NCBI GenBank assembly: GCA_027317865.1
Contig: DAHVQG010000007.1
Span: 58,887 to 122,886 of the forward strand
DNA from: Bdellovibrionales bacterium
GTDB taxonomy: Bacteria; Bdellovibrionota; Bdellovibrionia; Bdellovibrionales; UBA1609
Direction: 5' to 3'
Length of the DNA stretch: 64,000 bases
Part shown: piece by piece, positions 10,834 to 20,902 of the stretch
Layout: each line of letters opens with the position of its first letter
Position numbering within the stretch: position 1 is the stretch's first letter
The notes under the pieces: model-generated
Told to the model about the DNA's origin: nothing
The model's database searches: none
The model's input: only the letters and a program-made list of their open reading frames with translations
Program-made: the position numbers and the translations under genes

Positions 10834-12205
10834 GCCAAAGTTTTTTGCACCCCAGTTGAATTCGTTAGCCGTATTTGTATCGATACTGCTGACATTTTTG
10901 TTTGCGCCAAGGGTTGTTTTGGCGGCGCAAGTAGCGAAATCAGCAACATCCGTGGTGCACGTGAGTGCAACGCCTGCCAAAACGCAGCCGACGTGCGTAC
11001 TTGAAACAAAATTAAATGACGATATTGGCCCGGCGACGCTTGATCTTATTCAACGCGCCAAAAATAGGGCTCTTCAACATCACTGCGGATCTGTTCTGCT
11101 GCTCGTGAACACGCCTGGCGGCAACATGCAAACTACCCGGCAAATTGTTGAAGAGATTCTCAATTCGCCGGTACCATTTTTGTGTTTTGTATACCCTCCC
11201 GGAGGTCATGCTGGCAGCGCGGGCGCCATTATTCTTCAAAGTTGTCATTTATCTGGTGCGGCCCCCGGTACTAATATCGGCGCTTCGACGCCGATTGAAG
11301 GGACAGGCGCGAATATCCCGAGTGACTTAAGAAGAAAAATTATAAACGACACGGTGGCCTGGGTGACTTCGCTTGCGCGAATGCGGGGTCACAATGCTCA
11401 TTTCGCTAAAGAAATGATTGTAAAAGCAAAATCAGTGAGTGCTGAAGATGCATTGAAACTGAAGGCCATCGATTTCGTAGGTGATACTCCGCAAGAGTTT
11501 CTGAAGTTTGCAAACGGCCACACGGTTGAACTGACCAATCATCAAAGTGTGACGTTGCATCCTGGTAAAATCATAGTTTTTCATCACGATTTGCGTTTCA
11601 AACTAATGAATCTTTTGACCAATCCTCAACTGGCTTACCTCATGTTTATGGGTAGCCTCGTACTTCTTTATTTTGAAATCACCCATCCCGGCCTTATGGC
11701 GCCGGGTGTTTTGGGCGGGCTGGGCCTTATCATTTCACTCATTGCGCTTCAGATGATGAACGTGACGTGGGGAGCCGTATTTTTAATTCTTTTCGGCCTG
11801 GGCCTTCTCATCAGCGAAGCTTTTTTGCCAACTTTCGGAATTGTCGGTTTCGGTGGGATCGTGTCATTTTTTATCGGTAGTCTTTTTCTTTTCGACTACG
11901 GAACTTCGGGATTTTTTCTCCCGCTTAAATTTATTTTACCCACGGTTATATTGTTGGGTGCGTTACTGTCAGGAATTGCCTATTTAGCGTTTTCAAGCCG
12001 TAAACGCAAAAAGGCAAAAGAAGCGGGCTTTGACTCAATTGACGGTAGGCAAGTGAAAGTGACTCAAACGCAAGGTGACGGTCGCAGCGGTTTTGTCCTT
12101 ATGGATGGCGAACTGTGGCGTTTCGAAAGCGATGAACCGTTGACTGTGGGCCAGCAAGTTCTAATTATAAGCCATAAAGGCTTCACACTAAAAGTCAGGA
12201 GATAA
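10823..12205 (+). CDS. nfeD: NfeD membrane-bound serine protease (ClpP class)
   Basis: NTPGG, AGSAG, TNIGA motifs; TM bundle; C-terminal OB domain GELW; adjacent to a stomatin gene. Confidence 0.92.
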   Translation: MKNEPKFFAPQLNSLAVFVSILLTFLFAPRVVLAAQVAKSATSVVHVSATPAKTQPTCVLETKLNDDIGPATLDLIQRAKNRALQHHCGSVLLLVNTPGGNMQTTRQIVEEILNSPVPFLCFVYPPGGHAGSAGAIILQSCHLSGAAPGTNIGASTPIEGTGANIPSDLRRKIINDTVAWVTSLARMRGHNAHFAKEMIVKAKSVSAEDALKLKAIDFVGDTPQEFLKFANGHTVELTNHQSVTLHPGKIIVFHHDLRFKLMNLLTNPQLAYLMFMGSLVLLYFEITHPGLMAPGVLGGLGLIISLIALQMMNVTWGAVFLILFGLGLLISEAFLPTFGIVGFGGIVSFFIGSLFLFDYGTSGFFLPLKFILPTVILLGALLSGIAYLAFSSRKRKKAKEAGFDSIDGRQVKVTQTQGDGRSGFVLMDGELWRFESDEPLTVGQQVLIISHKGFTLKVRR

Positions 12206-12206
12206 T

Positions 12207-12950
12207 ATGCAGCCAGCCATAATTTTTATTGTCATCGTGGTCGTTTTTCTCCTCATCGCATCGATCAAGATTTTAACGGAGTGGGAGCGCGCCGTCGTTT
12301 TACGATTTGGCAATTTCACCGGCGTGCGTGGACCTGGCATCATTTTTTTGATTCCGATCGCTGAGAGAATGTATCGCATCGATACGCGTACAATCGCCAT
12401 GGATGTGCAACCGCAAGACGTCATTACTAAAGATAACGTCACGCTCAAAGTGGCGGCGGTGATTTATTTTCGCGTGATTAATCCCGAGTATGCGGTCGTG
12501 CGAGTCGAAGATTATTATTTTGCCACGAGCCAATTGGCGCAAACGGCATTGCGAACGGTACTCGGTCAGTTCGTGCTCGATGAATTGCTCTCGAGCCTTG
12601 ATCGTATCAGTCATGCGCTCCAAGATTATTTAGACAAATCGACGGAGCCTTGGGGAGTTAAAATTACCTCCGTTGAAATCAAAAACATCGATTTACCGCA
12701 AAACATTCAACGTGCTATGGCGCAAGAGGCGACGGCTGAGCGGGAACGTCGCGCGAAGGTCATAAGTGCCGAAGGGGAGTTGCAGCGGTCTGAAAAGCTT
12801 TTTCAGGCGTCAGAAAAGATATCGGCGTCACCGGCGGCGCTACAACTCGCGTATTTGCAAGCGCTGACTGAAATTAAAAATGATGGCAAAACAACGATTA
12901 TTTTGCCGATTCCGCTCGAATTCGCGAAGGCATTCTTAAAAAAGGATTAA
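12207..12950 (+). CDS. SPFH/stomatin-like (slipin) protein
   Basis: ERAVVLRFG, ITKDNV, AQTALR, PWGVK, AERERRA. Confidence 0.93.
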   Translation: MQPAIIFIVIVVVFLLIASIKILTEWERAVVLRFGNFTGVRGPGIIFLIPIAERMYRIDTRTIAMDVQPQDVITKDNVTLKVAAVIYFRVINPEYAVVRVEDYYFATSQLAQTALRTVLGQFVLDELLSSLDRISHALQDYLDKSTEPWGVKITSVEIKNIDLPQNIQRAMAQEATAERERRAKVISAEGELQRSEKLFQASEKISASPAALQLAYLQALTEIKNDGKTTIILPIPLEFAKAFLKKD

Positions 12951-13057
12951 GGCGAGAAGTACGTGCGGCAGCAGCTGCCGCTTGAGCGCCATTGACGGCG
13001 CTTGTTGATAAGGCACGCACACGGGGTGCGGCATTGAGATTCCCAAGGAGGGGTAGC

Positions 13058-14299
13058 TTGCGGTTAATTTACATTTTTGCGTTCGTTTTGCTGTATGGTT
13101 CGTTTGGTCAGTCAAAAAATTTGCGTAAATCACCGTTAACTGCGCCCATTCGCGTTCGATTGTTGCGGGCCCGGCGCGCGATTGAAATGGATGGGTTCGA
13201 TTTACGATTCGACGGCGACAGTTTAAGCACTTCGGTATTGCCCATTCATTCAACCGTCGAAATTTCTCGCCTTCGAAGTGAGTGGCTCATTAGAAAAAAT
13301 CATCGCGTCTGGCGTGCGCACGGGCAAAGCTTAGTCGTGTCGGGTGAGATGCTTGAGTTTGAAAGGAATTTGCAGCCACCCGCCACGTATGTCCTTGAGG
13401 CGCGGTCGAATGCAAGTTTTGATGTGGTGGCTGACCTCAGACGAAAGGTCTATTTAGAAGGCGTGTTGCCGAGCGAAATGCCGATTACTTGGCCCGTAGC
13501 CGCGCTTGAAGCTCAGGCGGTCGCTTCAATTTCTTATGCGCGGGCGCAAGCATTGCGGCACGAACAAAGTGGTTTTGATGTCGATAGCTCGATTAACAGT
13601 CAAGTGTTCAACTGGAGTTCATATACTCGTGCCTTAACCCGCGAGCGGAGAAAACTTGCGCACGTACTTGCAATCACGCGTGGGCAGATTCTTATCAATA
13701 AACGCGGCCAACCGTATCTCGCATATTTCGACTCTGACTGTGGTGGAGTGACCGAACTTGCGCAAAATGTTTGGGCGCGCCCAGGCGACCCGACGGGCAG
13801 CAAAAAAATCGTTCATCATTTTTCTAAGAAGGGAATCGTCTACGATCAATATTGTTTATTGAATCCGCACAATCGCTGGCATTATTTTGTGACCTGGCGG
13901 CAAATTCAAAGAGCGGTGCGAGGGGAGTTTCATAACTTTCGGGGAGAAGTTCGCAACGTCAAAGTGGTCTCACGATCGCCTTCGGGTCGCGCTTATCAAG
14001 TCGAGGTTGTCGCAGTAAACGGCCGGCAACTCCTCATGCTTTCGCAAATCTTTCGCCAGTTGATAGGTTATGGGCGCATTCGCAGCACACTTTTTAAAAT
14101 TAAACATTTTCGTAACGGACTCGAATTTGACGGACGTGGTTTTGGTCACGGAGTGGGGATGTGCCAACATGGTGCACGTTTTATGGCCCTTAATGGCGCC
14201 ACCTATCAGCAGATTCTTTCGCGCTATTATCCGGAGGCGCGATTGATCAACAGCCGTGTGCATTCGGCACCGATTTCTGTCATCGCGTCATCGGAATGA
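13058..14299 (+). CDS. SpoIID/LytB-domain lytic transglycosylase (TTG start after GGAGGGG)
   Basis: YLEGVLPSEM, ALEAQAV, SDCGG, GFGHGVGMCQ, ILSRYYP. Confidence 0.88.
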   Translation: MRLIYIFAFVLLYGSFGQSKNLRKSPLTAPIRVRLLRARRAIEMDGFDLRFDGDSLSTSVLPIHSTVEISRLRSEWLIRKNHRVWRAHGQSLVVSGEMLEFERNLQPPATYVLEARSNASFDVVADLRRKVYLEGVLPSEMPITWPVAALEAQAVASISYARAQALRHEQSGFDVDSSINSQVFNWSSYTRALTRERRKLAHVLAITRGQILINKRGQPYLAYFDSDCGGVTELAQNVWARPGDPTGSKKIVHHFSKKGIVYDQYCLLNPHNRWHYFVTWRQIQRAVRGEFHNFRGEVRNVKVVSRSPSGRAYQVEVVAVNGRQLLMLSQIFRQLIGYGRIRSTLFKIKHFRNGLEFDGRGFGHGVGMCQHGARFMALNGATYQQILSRYYPEARLINSRVHSAPISVIASSE

Positions 14300-14331
14300 A
14301 TTGTGCGCTAGTAGTGCTATTTTCGCTACGA

Positions 14332-15627
14332 TTAATGGGAAGTTTTTCCGAGAAGTGCTTCGGCGACAGACTCTATAGTGGCGTCGACCGGGGTCGATCG
14401 CGACGGCCGTTCAAATAGCTGAGCCAGGTTTGGCGGCATTTCGATTTCACCGCCGATAAGCGGGTTGACGATTTCAGAAAACTTTGCCGGATGTGCCGTG
14501 GACACGATGATCCAGTGCGGAGTTTTCATTCGCTCTCGGGCTACGGCGGCCGTTGCTGTATGCGGGCACCAAATTTCACCCCAATCGGCTTTGCCGTGGC
14601 GAATGGCATGTCGGATTTCATCATCTAGGACGCTAACAGCGGACGAAATTTTTTTGAGTTCATGAACATCTGGATGCAAATCACTTAAACGCTCAAAGTT
14701 GCTTGGAGCGCCGACATCCATCGCATTTGCGAGCGTCCGAATTGAGGGCCGTGGCTCGTATCTACCGGTTCGATAAAAATTTGAAAGCGTGGTATTGGCA
14801 TTTGTCGCTATTGTGATTTCGCGAATGGGCATACCGATTTTTCGCGCCCAAAATGCCGCCACGGCATCGCCAAGATTACCCGTTGGGATAATAAGCCCCG
14901 GCGCGTGACCCGTTTTCTGTTGGTACCAAATAGCCGCCGCCGAATGATAAATCATTTGCGGCAATAGCCGTCCGATATTGATACTGTTAGCGGAAGTGAA
15001 ACGAAATTTCGAAGCAAGACCGAACTGCTCACGCACTTGTGCATCGCCAAGAATTGTTTTGACCAGGCGCTGGCAATCGTCAAACGAGCCGTTCACTTCT
15101 AGACTTAAAACATTATCGCTCCAGCATGTCAGTTGTTGTCGTTGTAGCGGAGAAACTCCATTGCGCGGAAAAAGCACAACGGCGCGAAATTTTTTAAATT
15201 CATCGAAGGCGGAGGCGACCGCTCCGCCGGTGTCGCCAGAAGTTGCAACTAAAATTGTTCGCTGCTCAGAAATTTTGAGATTCATAAACCGTGCAAGAAA
15301 GCGAGCCGCAATATCTTTAAACGCGGCCGTCGGGCCATGAAACAGCTCCAAAACGGCAGTGTCGTTTTTCAAATAACGAAGCGGAATTTGAAAATCATAG
15401 GCTGATTTTAAAAGCGAATGCAGTTCGTGGGCGGTGAGTTCATCGCGCAGAAAGGGGCTTAAGATCTTTTGTGCGATTCCGATGAATGAATGATCCGTGA
15501 TTTCGCCGGGTTGAATCAGCGGCCAGGATTCAGGTACGTAAAGCCCCTGATCGACCGCTAACCCCCGCTCGACCGCTTCAAGAAATGAAACGCGATCTGC
15601 GGCATGACGTGTACTAATGTATTTCAT
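14332..15627 (-). CDS. thrC: Threonine synthase
   Basis: ELFHGPTAAFKD (PLP lysine), ATSGDTG, NSINIGR, STAHPAKF. Confidence 0.96.
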   Translation of the reverse strand: MKYISTRHAADRVSFLEAVERGLAVDQGLYVPESWPLIQPGEITDHSFIGIAQKILSPFLRDELTAHELHSLLKSAYDFQIPLRYLKNDTAVLELFHGPTAAFKDIAARFLARFMNLKISEQRTILVATSGDTGGAVASAFDEFKKFRAVVLFPRNGVSPLQRQQLTCWSDNVLSLEVNGSFDDCQRLVKTILGDAQVREQFGLASKFRFTSANSINIGRLLPQMIYHSAAAIWYQQKTGHAPGLIIPTGNLGDAVAAFWARKIGMPIREITIATNANTTLSNFYRTGRYEPRPSIRTLANAMDVGAPSNFERLSDLHPDVHELKKISSAVSVLDDEIRHAIRHGKADWGEIWCPHTATAAVARERMKTPHWIIVSTAHPAKFSEIVNPLIGGEIEMPPNLAQLFERPSRSTPVDATIESVAEALLGKTSH

Positions 15628-16610
15628 TTTTCACCTTTGAACCCTCGCGCGCCAGGAGCAGGCAATCGAGAAATATAGGCAGTTGAGGTCACACCAGCTA
15701 TTTTAAACCGCTTTTGAATTTCTTGTGCGATTTTTTGCCCGGCGGTACGGGATTTGGCTAAAGCAAAAACACTTGGGCCACTACCTGATATTGAAAAGCC
15801 AAGGCATCCGGGTATTGCCATTGCCGCATTCTTGACGTCTTGAAATGCGGGTATCAAATGCTCTCGTTGCGGCTCAATAATTTGATCACGAAGCGAAGCG
15901 GAAATTAAACCAAAATTACTTGTCATGCAACCGAGCACGAAACCGGCAAGAAGCGAAGACTGCTCGACGTAGGATTTTAGTGAAATTTCAGGGCGTAAAA
16001 TTTTTCGCGCCTGCTTCGTTTCAACCTGCACATCCGGATGAACCAAAACGCAAACAATCCCGCTCGGAATCGAAATGTGAAACACACTCTTTGCCAATGA
16101 AGTTGAAAATTGCGAAGACGAAAGCGTAAGGCCGCCGTATAAACTGGGAGCAACGTTGTCGGGATGGGCCGAGCCCGCGGCGATTCGTTCGCCTTCGAGT
16201 GCATAGGTAAAAAGTTGCTCCATCGGAATTGGATTCTGCACGCGAGACTTTAAACGTCGAAAGATTCCGGCTGCTGCGACAACGGCGGCAACGGCCGACG
16301 CAGCTGAACCGCCCATACCTGAACCAAGCGGAATACCTTTATGTATGCGGACGCGAAATCCGTAGCTCAAGTTGAGGTCTTTCTGCATGGCCAATAGCGC
16401 GGCGGTTGCCGTATTTTGTTTGGGATCGGCGGGTATTTTGTTTTCAGTAAAAATACTCTCGATCAAAATTTCGCGTGTGCCCGAGTTGAGCGTTAATTCG
16501 ACCGTGTCGCCAACGCCCTCGAGCGCGAGCCCCAAAACGTCGAAGCCTACTCCCACATTGCCGACTGAAGCCGGGGCAAACGCCCGAATGGTTAAATCGC
16601 GTGATTTCAT
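15624..16610 (-). CDS. thrB: Homoserine kinase
   Basis: APASVGNVGVGFD, GIPLGSGMGGSAAS (GHMP), HPDN, ISGSGPS. Confidence 0.96.
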   Translation of the reverse strand: MKSRDLTIRAFAPASVGNVGVGFDVLGLALEGVGDTVELTLNSGTREILIESIFTENKIPADPKQNTATAALLAMQKDLNLSYGFRVRIHKGIPLGSGMGGSAASAVAAVVAAAGIFRRLKSRVQNPIPMEQLFTYALEGERIAAGSAHPDNVAPSLYGGLTLSSSQFSTSLAKSVFHISIPSGIVCVLVHPDVQVETKQARKILRPEISLKSYVEQSSLLAGFVLGCMTSNFGLISASLRDQIIEPQREHLIPAFQDVKNAAMAIPGCLGFSISGSGPSVFALAKSRTAGQKIAQEIQKRFKIAGVTSTAYISRLPAPGARGFKGEK

Positions 16611-19087
16611 GCTCGTGCTCCAAGGTGGCGTGCCAGTCGCAAAAGATCAGCAAATACTCCCGCGGCTGTCACCTCAGGACCGGCTCCGGGCCCTTGAACA
16701 ATAAGCGGTTGTTTGTCGTATCGCTTGGTGCGAAATGCGATCATGTTGTCGCTGCCCGTGACGCGCGCAAACGGGTGTGTTTTTTCAATGACACGCAGTT
16801 CAGCCGTTGCGCGACTTTCTCTTACATCTAGCGACCCTACAAAACGGAGTACGCCGCCGGTTTCTTGGGCCAGTTTTCGGCGGCTCGAAATTTCAGCATC
16901 GAATTCAGAAAGACGCGCCATGAATTCCTCGACGTGGGCCACCGAACGGAGCGCGTCGGGTACTAGCGATTTCACTTTCACATTATCCAATTCAATTTTG
17001 ATATTTGCTTCGCGTCCGAGAATGACAATCTTTCTTGCGACGTCCAAGCCGCTTAGGTCATCGCGCGGATCGGGCTCGGTGTAACCTAATTGTTTGGCCT
17101 CAGCCACAATTTCTGAAAAACTTGCCGTGCCCAATTGATATTTAGAAAAAATGTATGACAAAGTACCGGAGAGCAGACCCTCAATCGAGATCAATTCGTC
17201 GCCGGTTTGTAAAAGATCGCGCAATGTGGAGATAACAGGAAGACCCGCGCCCACTGTGGCTTCATACATAAAACTGCGATTACTAGCTAAAATCGATTTT
17301 TGTATTTCGGAGTAGCGGGACCAACTACCCGCTCCGGCCTTTTTGTTCGGCGTGATGACGTGAATACCGGCACGCAGCCATTGCGAATAATAATCAGCGA
17401 CGTCGTCCGAAGCCGAGCAATCGACAATCACGGCATGAGGCAAGTGATCCGCATGAACGTGGGCCACGAATTGTTCAAAATCGGCCGGCAACTCACGTGC
17501 GTCGGTAAAATTTATTTCATCTGCGAGCCGCATCGTTTTGGAGTTCGTCACGGCGCGCACGCGAAAATCGGTGTTGAATTGGCTTCGAAGTGTTTGGCCA
17601 CGCTCCCGTAGCTGCCGCAAAAACGCTTGGCCGATGGAGCCGGTGCCGACGACCCCAACCGATAAGGTGAAGTCCGAAAGATAAAATGCCGCGTGGGTCG
17701 ATCGCAGTGCACGAATTGAATCCGCTTCGTCAATGACCGCCGAAATGTTCCGCTCCGATGAACCTTGGGCTATTGCGCGAACATTGACGCCGGCATGACT
17801 AAGGGCTGAAAAAAATCTTGCCGAAACGCCTTGCTTTTTTACCATTCCGTCACCGACGAGTGCGACGATGCTGCACGAACGAGTAACGGAAATTGTTTGA
17901 ATGGCTCCGTGGCGCAACTCCGAATCGAATTCTTTTTCTAAAGTGGATTTTGCGCGGTTAACTTGATCGGCTGAAACCGCGACACAAATCGAATGTTCGG
18001 AGCTTGCTTGCGATATCAAAATGACGCTGACGCCGGCTTCACGTAAGGCGCCAAAAAGTCGTTGGGCAATCCCGGGCACGCCAATCATTCCAGTGCCTTC
18101 GACATTGACCAGGGCTATGTGGTCAACCGTGGTGAACCCGCGCGCGCCGGCCGAATTTGTAGTTTTGTGAATGACTGTTCCAGGTTGGTTGGGTCGAAAT
18201 GTATTTTTGATCCAAATCGGAATTTGCAAATCGATGGCCGGAGCCATCGTCCGTGGGTGAATGACTTTCGCGCCAAAATAAGCAAGCTCAACGGCCTCTT
18301 CGTATGACAGTTCATCGAGTCTTCGCGCTTCACTGACCTTTCGTGGATCGGCGCTGTACACGCCGTCAACATCGGTCCATATTACGATTTGCTTGGCTTT
18401 TATGAGTCGGCCAAAAATAGACGCCGAATAATCACTGCCGTTTCGTTTGAGTGTGGTGGGTACCCCTTCGGCGGTTGAGGCGATAAATCCAGTGACCACC
18501 ATTCGTTCGCTCAAACCGGCAAGACGATCGAATCGAACTTGCGATTCTTGCCAATCGATTTGGGGCCCCGTTTCGCTGTGGGTAACGACTAGGATTTTTC
18601 GCGCATCGACCCAACAGGGATTAATATCGCGTTGTCTAGACCCCCATGCGGCCGCCAAAATACGCGACGACCAAAGTTCGCCATAGCCTGAAACGAGATC
18701 GAGCGTCGAGTCCGGTAAATGCTTTGCGAGCCAAACACCGCGTAAAATATCACCCAAGTCTTTAAGATCGCTTTCGAATATCTTTGTGAAATTGGCTAAA
18801 TCGTTGCCATTTAGCATCCGCGCACTGGTCACACGGTGCAATTCCGCGATTTTGTTTAAACCCGTCTCAAATTGAGAATTTTGTTGGGAAGCGAATTGGG
18901 CGGTGTTTATTAATTGATCAGTCACGCCGGACATAGCCGATACTACAACGACGAGTTTTTCGTTTCGCCCGGCTCGCAAATGCTCGGCCGTCAAAATATC
19001 GAGGACCTGGTTAAAAGCATCGACCGAGCCGACGCTTGTACCACCAAATTTGTGGACTGTAGAGAAGCCGTTTACGAGTGACGAAAT
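16607..19087 (-). CDS. thrA: Bifunctional aspartokinase/homoserine dehydrogenase I, with an inferred non-canonical ATT start at 19087
   Basis: The frame extends beyond the listed ORF (18994) to include HKFGGTSV; NGSDYSA, two ACT domains, GTGSIG, EATVGAG, TEPDPRDDLSG. Confidence 0.92.
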   Translation of the reverse strand: MSSLVNGFSTVHKFGGTSVGSVDAFNQVLDILTAEHLRAGRNEKLVVVVSAMSGVTDQLINTAQFASQQNSQFETGLNKIAELHRVTSARMLNGNDLANFTKIFESDLKDLGDILRGVWLAKHLPDSTLDLVSGYGELWSSRILAAAWGSRQRDINPCWVDARKILVVTHSETGPQIDWQESQVRFDRLAGLSERMVVTGFIASTAEGVPTTLKRNGSDYSASIFGRLIKAKQIVIWTDVDGVYSADPRKVSEARRLDELSYEEAVELAYFGAKVIHPRTMAPAIDLQIPIWIKNTFRPNQPGTVIHKTTNSAGARGFTTVDHIALVNVEGTGMIGVPGIAQRLFGALREAGVSVILISQASSEHSICVAVSADQVNRAKSTLEKEFDSELRHGAIQTISVTRSCSIVALVGDGMVKKQGVSARFFSALSHAGVNVRAIAQGSSERNISAVIDEADSIRALRSTHAAFYLSDFTLSVGVVGTGSIGQAFLRQLRERGQTLRSQFNTDFRVRAVTNSKTMRLADEINFTDARELPADFEQFVAHVHADHLPHAVIVDCSASDDVADYYSQWLRAGIHVITPNKKAGAGSWSRYSEIQKSILASNRSFMYEATVGAGLPVISTLRDLLQTGDELISIEGLLSGTLSYIFSKYQLGTASFSEIVAEAKQLGYTEPDPRDDLSGLDVARKIVILGREANIKIELDNVKVKSLVPDALRSVAHVEEFMARLSEFDAEISSRRKLAQETGGVLRFVGSLDVRESRATAELRVIEKTHPFARVTGSDNMIAFRTKRYDKQPLIVQGPGAGPEVTAAGVFADLLRLARHLGARA

Positions 19088-19192
19088 GTGTCCCTCCTCG
19101 GGAAGTTAGACACTTTTACAAAATGTCCAAAGTCTAGACGGTTTTTCGGTTTTTGCGAAGTAAATTGAAGACTTGGCTTCGATACAATGGCT

Positions 19193-19208
19193 CGGCACGG
19201 GACTTGTA
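19193..19208 (+). promoter_or_regulatory. Putative sigma54 -24/-12 promoter
   Basis: CGGCACG-GGAC-TTGTA; motif conserved in copy 2 while the spacer differs; GT rather than the canonical GC at -12. Confidence 0.55.
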
Positions 19209-19276
19209 CAAGTGAAGGGTATGGGAGACCCGCAATTAGAGGATGAAACAGGCGAGTCCCCCTAAGCGAGGGAGTT

Positions 19277-20251
19277 ATGAAAGGAAGAAGTCGAAAGCCA
19301 CAGAGCTTAAAAGTAGTAAGATTCGCAGTTGTCGCACTGGCAATTGCTAGTCTTGCGGCATTTACGACGGCTTGTTCAAAGGGCGTAGGGAGTTCGAATA
19401 ATAGTAATAGTAACAACAATGGTAATACTGGCAGCAGCGGCACCGTTGTTTCGACAACTGGTGCTCAATCTCCGACACAAACGGTTTTAAAAGGAACAGG
19501 CGGCGGTCAAGCCCCTTTAACTTTTACTAGCCAAACGGCACTCGATCAATACGCGGGCTGGAGCCCCAATTCACCAATGAATGGTGCTATCGGCGTAAAC
19601 CTTGTGAAATTGGCCACTCTTAGTAATGGTGCCGGTGGTTACGACTACGAATTTGGCGGAGCTGTTACCATTGCCTTCACCGACGGCGCAAATACCTACT
19701 ATGATACTTTTAGCTCGCACTTACAGGGCGGCCCCAACACAGTGAATTCAGACGTGCAAAATAACCGATACAATTTGATCTCGGTGCTATATCCGGCGTC
19801 AGGTTCATATCCAGGTAAGCTGCCGGCCTATCATGGATTTTTTCAAGGCACCACGTACTGCATAATGGGCAATGGCTCGTACTCCTATGCATTGTCTCCT
19901 GGTGAAACTTGCTACGGCGAAACCTTCGGTGGAGCGGTAATTCTCGTTATGAATCAAATGGGATTCAACGCCGACGGTGAAGGTCCCACGACGGCAAGTG
20001 GTTCGGTTTGGTTTTACAATTTTACGACGGGTTACGGTGCGGCGCCATTACCCGGTACGAGCTGCTGGTTTATTACGCTTGGCCCCTATCAATGCGGTTC
20101 ATTCTTTAACGGCGGCGATTCGATTCAAACAAAAAGTTCGCTCTATCCGACCGTTACAACACCGGCATCGGAGCCGCCTATCACGTATACGGAATTGGGC
20201 ACGTTCACGGGTTTGAATTTAAACGAAGCTTTGAACGGACAATTACAATAA
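19277..20251 (+). CDS. Lipoprotein of unknown function
   Basis: Signal peptide with lipobox FTTAC; N/S/G-rich linker; four further Cys. Confidence 0.85.
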   Translation: MKGRSRKPQSLKVVRFAVVALAIASLAAFTTACSKGVGSSNNSNSNNNGNTGSSGTVVSTTGAQSPTQTVLKGTGGGQAPLTFTSQTALDQYAGWSPNSPMNGAIGVNLVKLATLSNGAGGYDYEFGGAVTIAFTDGANTYYDTFSSHLQGGPNTVNSDVQNNRYNLISVLYPASGSYPGKLPAYHGFFQGTTYCIMGNGSYSYALSPGETCYGETFGGAVILVMNQMGFNADGEGPTTASGSVWFYNFTTGYGAAPLPGTSCWFITLGPYQCGSFFNGGDSIQTKSSLYPTVTTPASEPPITYTELGTFTGLNLNEALNGQLQ

Positions 20252-20267
20252 AACGCGAGGGTTTTAT

Positions 20268-20894
20268 ATGGAGAAATCAAAAACAATAAAATTCTTAAGC
20301 GCAGTAGCGATAGCTTTTGCCTTCATCACCGGGTGTTCGCACTCGAGTAACAACACGAATCCCTACGGCTATTACAACAATAATGGTTGGTGGGGAAGTC
20401 AATACGGCGTTCCCGGTATGCCTGGTTACAATGGCTATACAACGGGATTTGTTGGCGCAGGCATTGCAACTTCAGGTCAAGCCATGGTTATTTTGGATTT
20501 CGCCGCGAACACTTCTACAGGTATTGCCACTAATCAAGCCTCTTACGTGACCGGCCAATTAGATGTATTTGGTGGCATACCTTGCGCGGCCGGTGGCGGC
20601 CTACCCGCCGGGGTTTATCAGCTTATGCCACCTAATGGCAACGCGAGCCCGAACGGAGAATTTGACGGTTCGCTCGGTCAAAATATTACGTTGATCGCGA
20701 ATGGCCCGGTTCAGGCTCAAATTGTAGTACCGGATGCTTATATCGCTAATGGGACACGCGTGTGTAGTCAATTTCCGGGCATGACCGGCTACCTGGATGT
20801 CGATGAAGTCGCTGAAGGCGGGTACGGATCTGTGTACTGCGGCGCAAGCGTCGGTTTTACGGATCAAGTTCAAACGGGCCAATATTGTCAATGA
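20268..20894 (+). CDS. Lipoprotein of unknown function
   Basis: Lipobox ITGC; G/Y/N-rich; GAGG SD. Confidence 0.8.
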   Translation: MEKSKTIKFLSAVAIAFAFITGCSHSSNNTNPYGYYNNNGWWGSQYGVPGMPGYNGYTTGFVGAGIATSGQAMVILDFAANTSTGIATNQASYVTGQLDVFGGIPCAAGGGLPAGVYQLMPPNGNASPNGEFDGSLGQNITLIANGPVQAQIVVPDAYIANGTRVCSQFPGMTGYLDVDEVAEGGYGSVYCGASVGFTDQVQTGQYCQ

Positions 20895-20902
20895 GGTGAT
20901 GT

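Larger units (their letters stand above)
19078..20251 (+). repeat. Copy 1 of a ~1.2-kb diverged direct repeat (promoter region plus lipoprotein gene); copy 2 at 26225-27403
   Basis: Visibly alignable from GTGAC...TCCCTCCTCGGGAAGTTAGACA through to the stop codon. Confidence 0.95.

Noticed and set aside
19100..19270. thrL-type attenuator or T-box upstream of thrA
   Set aside because: No Thr/Ile-rich leader peptide, T-box motif or terminator hairpin was seen
19072..19443. Minus-strand ORFs here and at 26063..26344 / 26359..26553 that resemble each other
   Set aside because: The similarity is a by-product of the DNA duplication; they are antisense shadows and the frame is not preserved between copies
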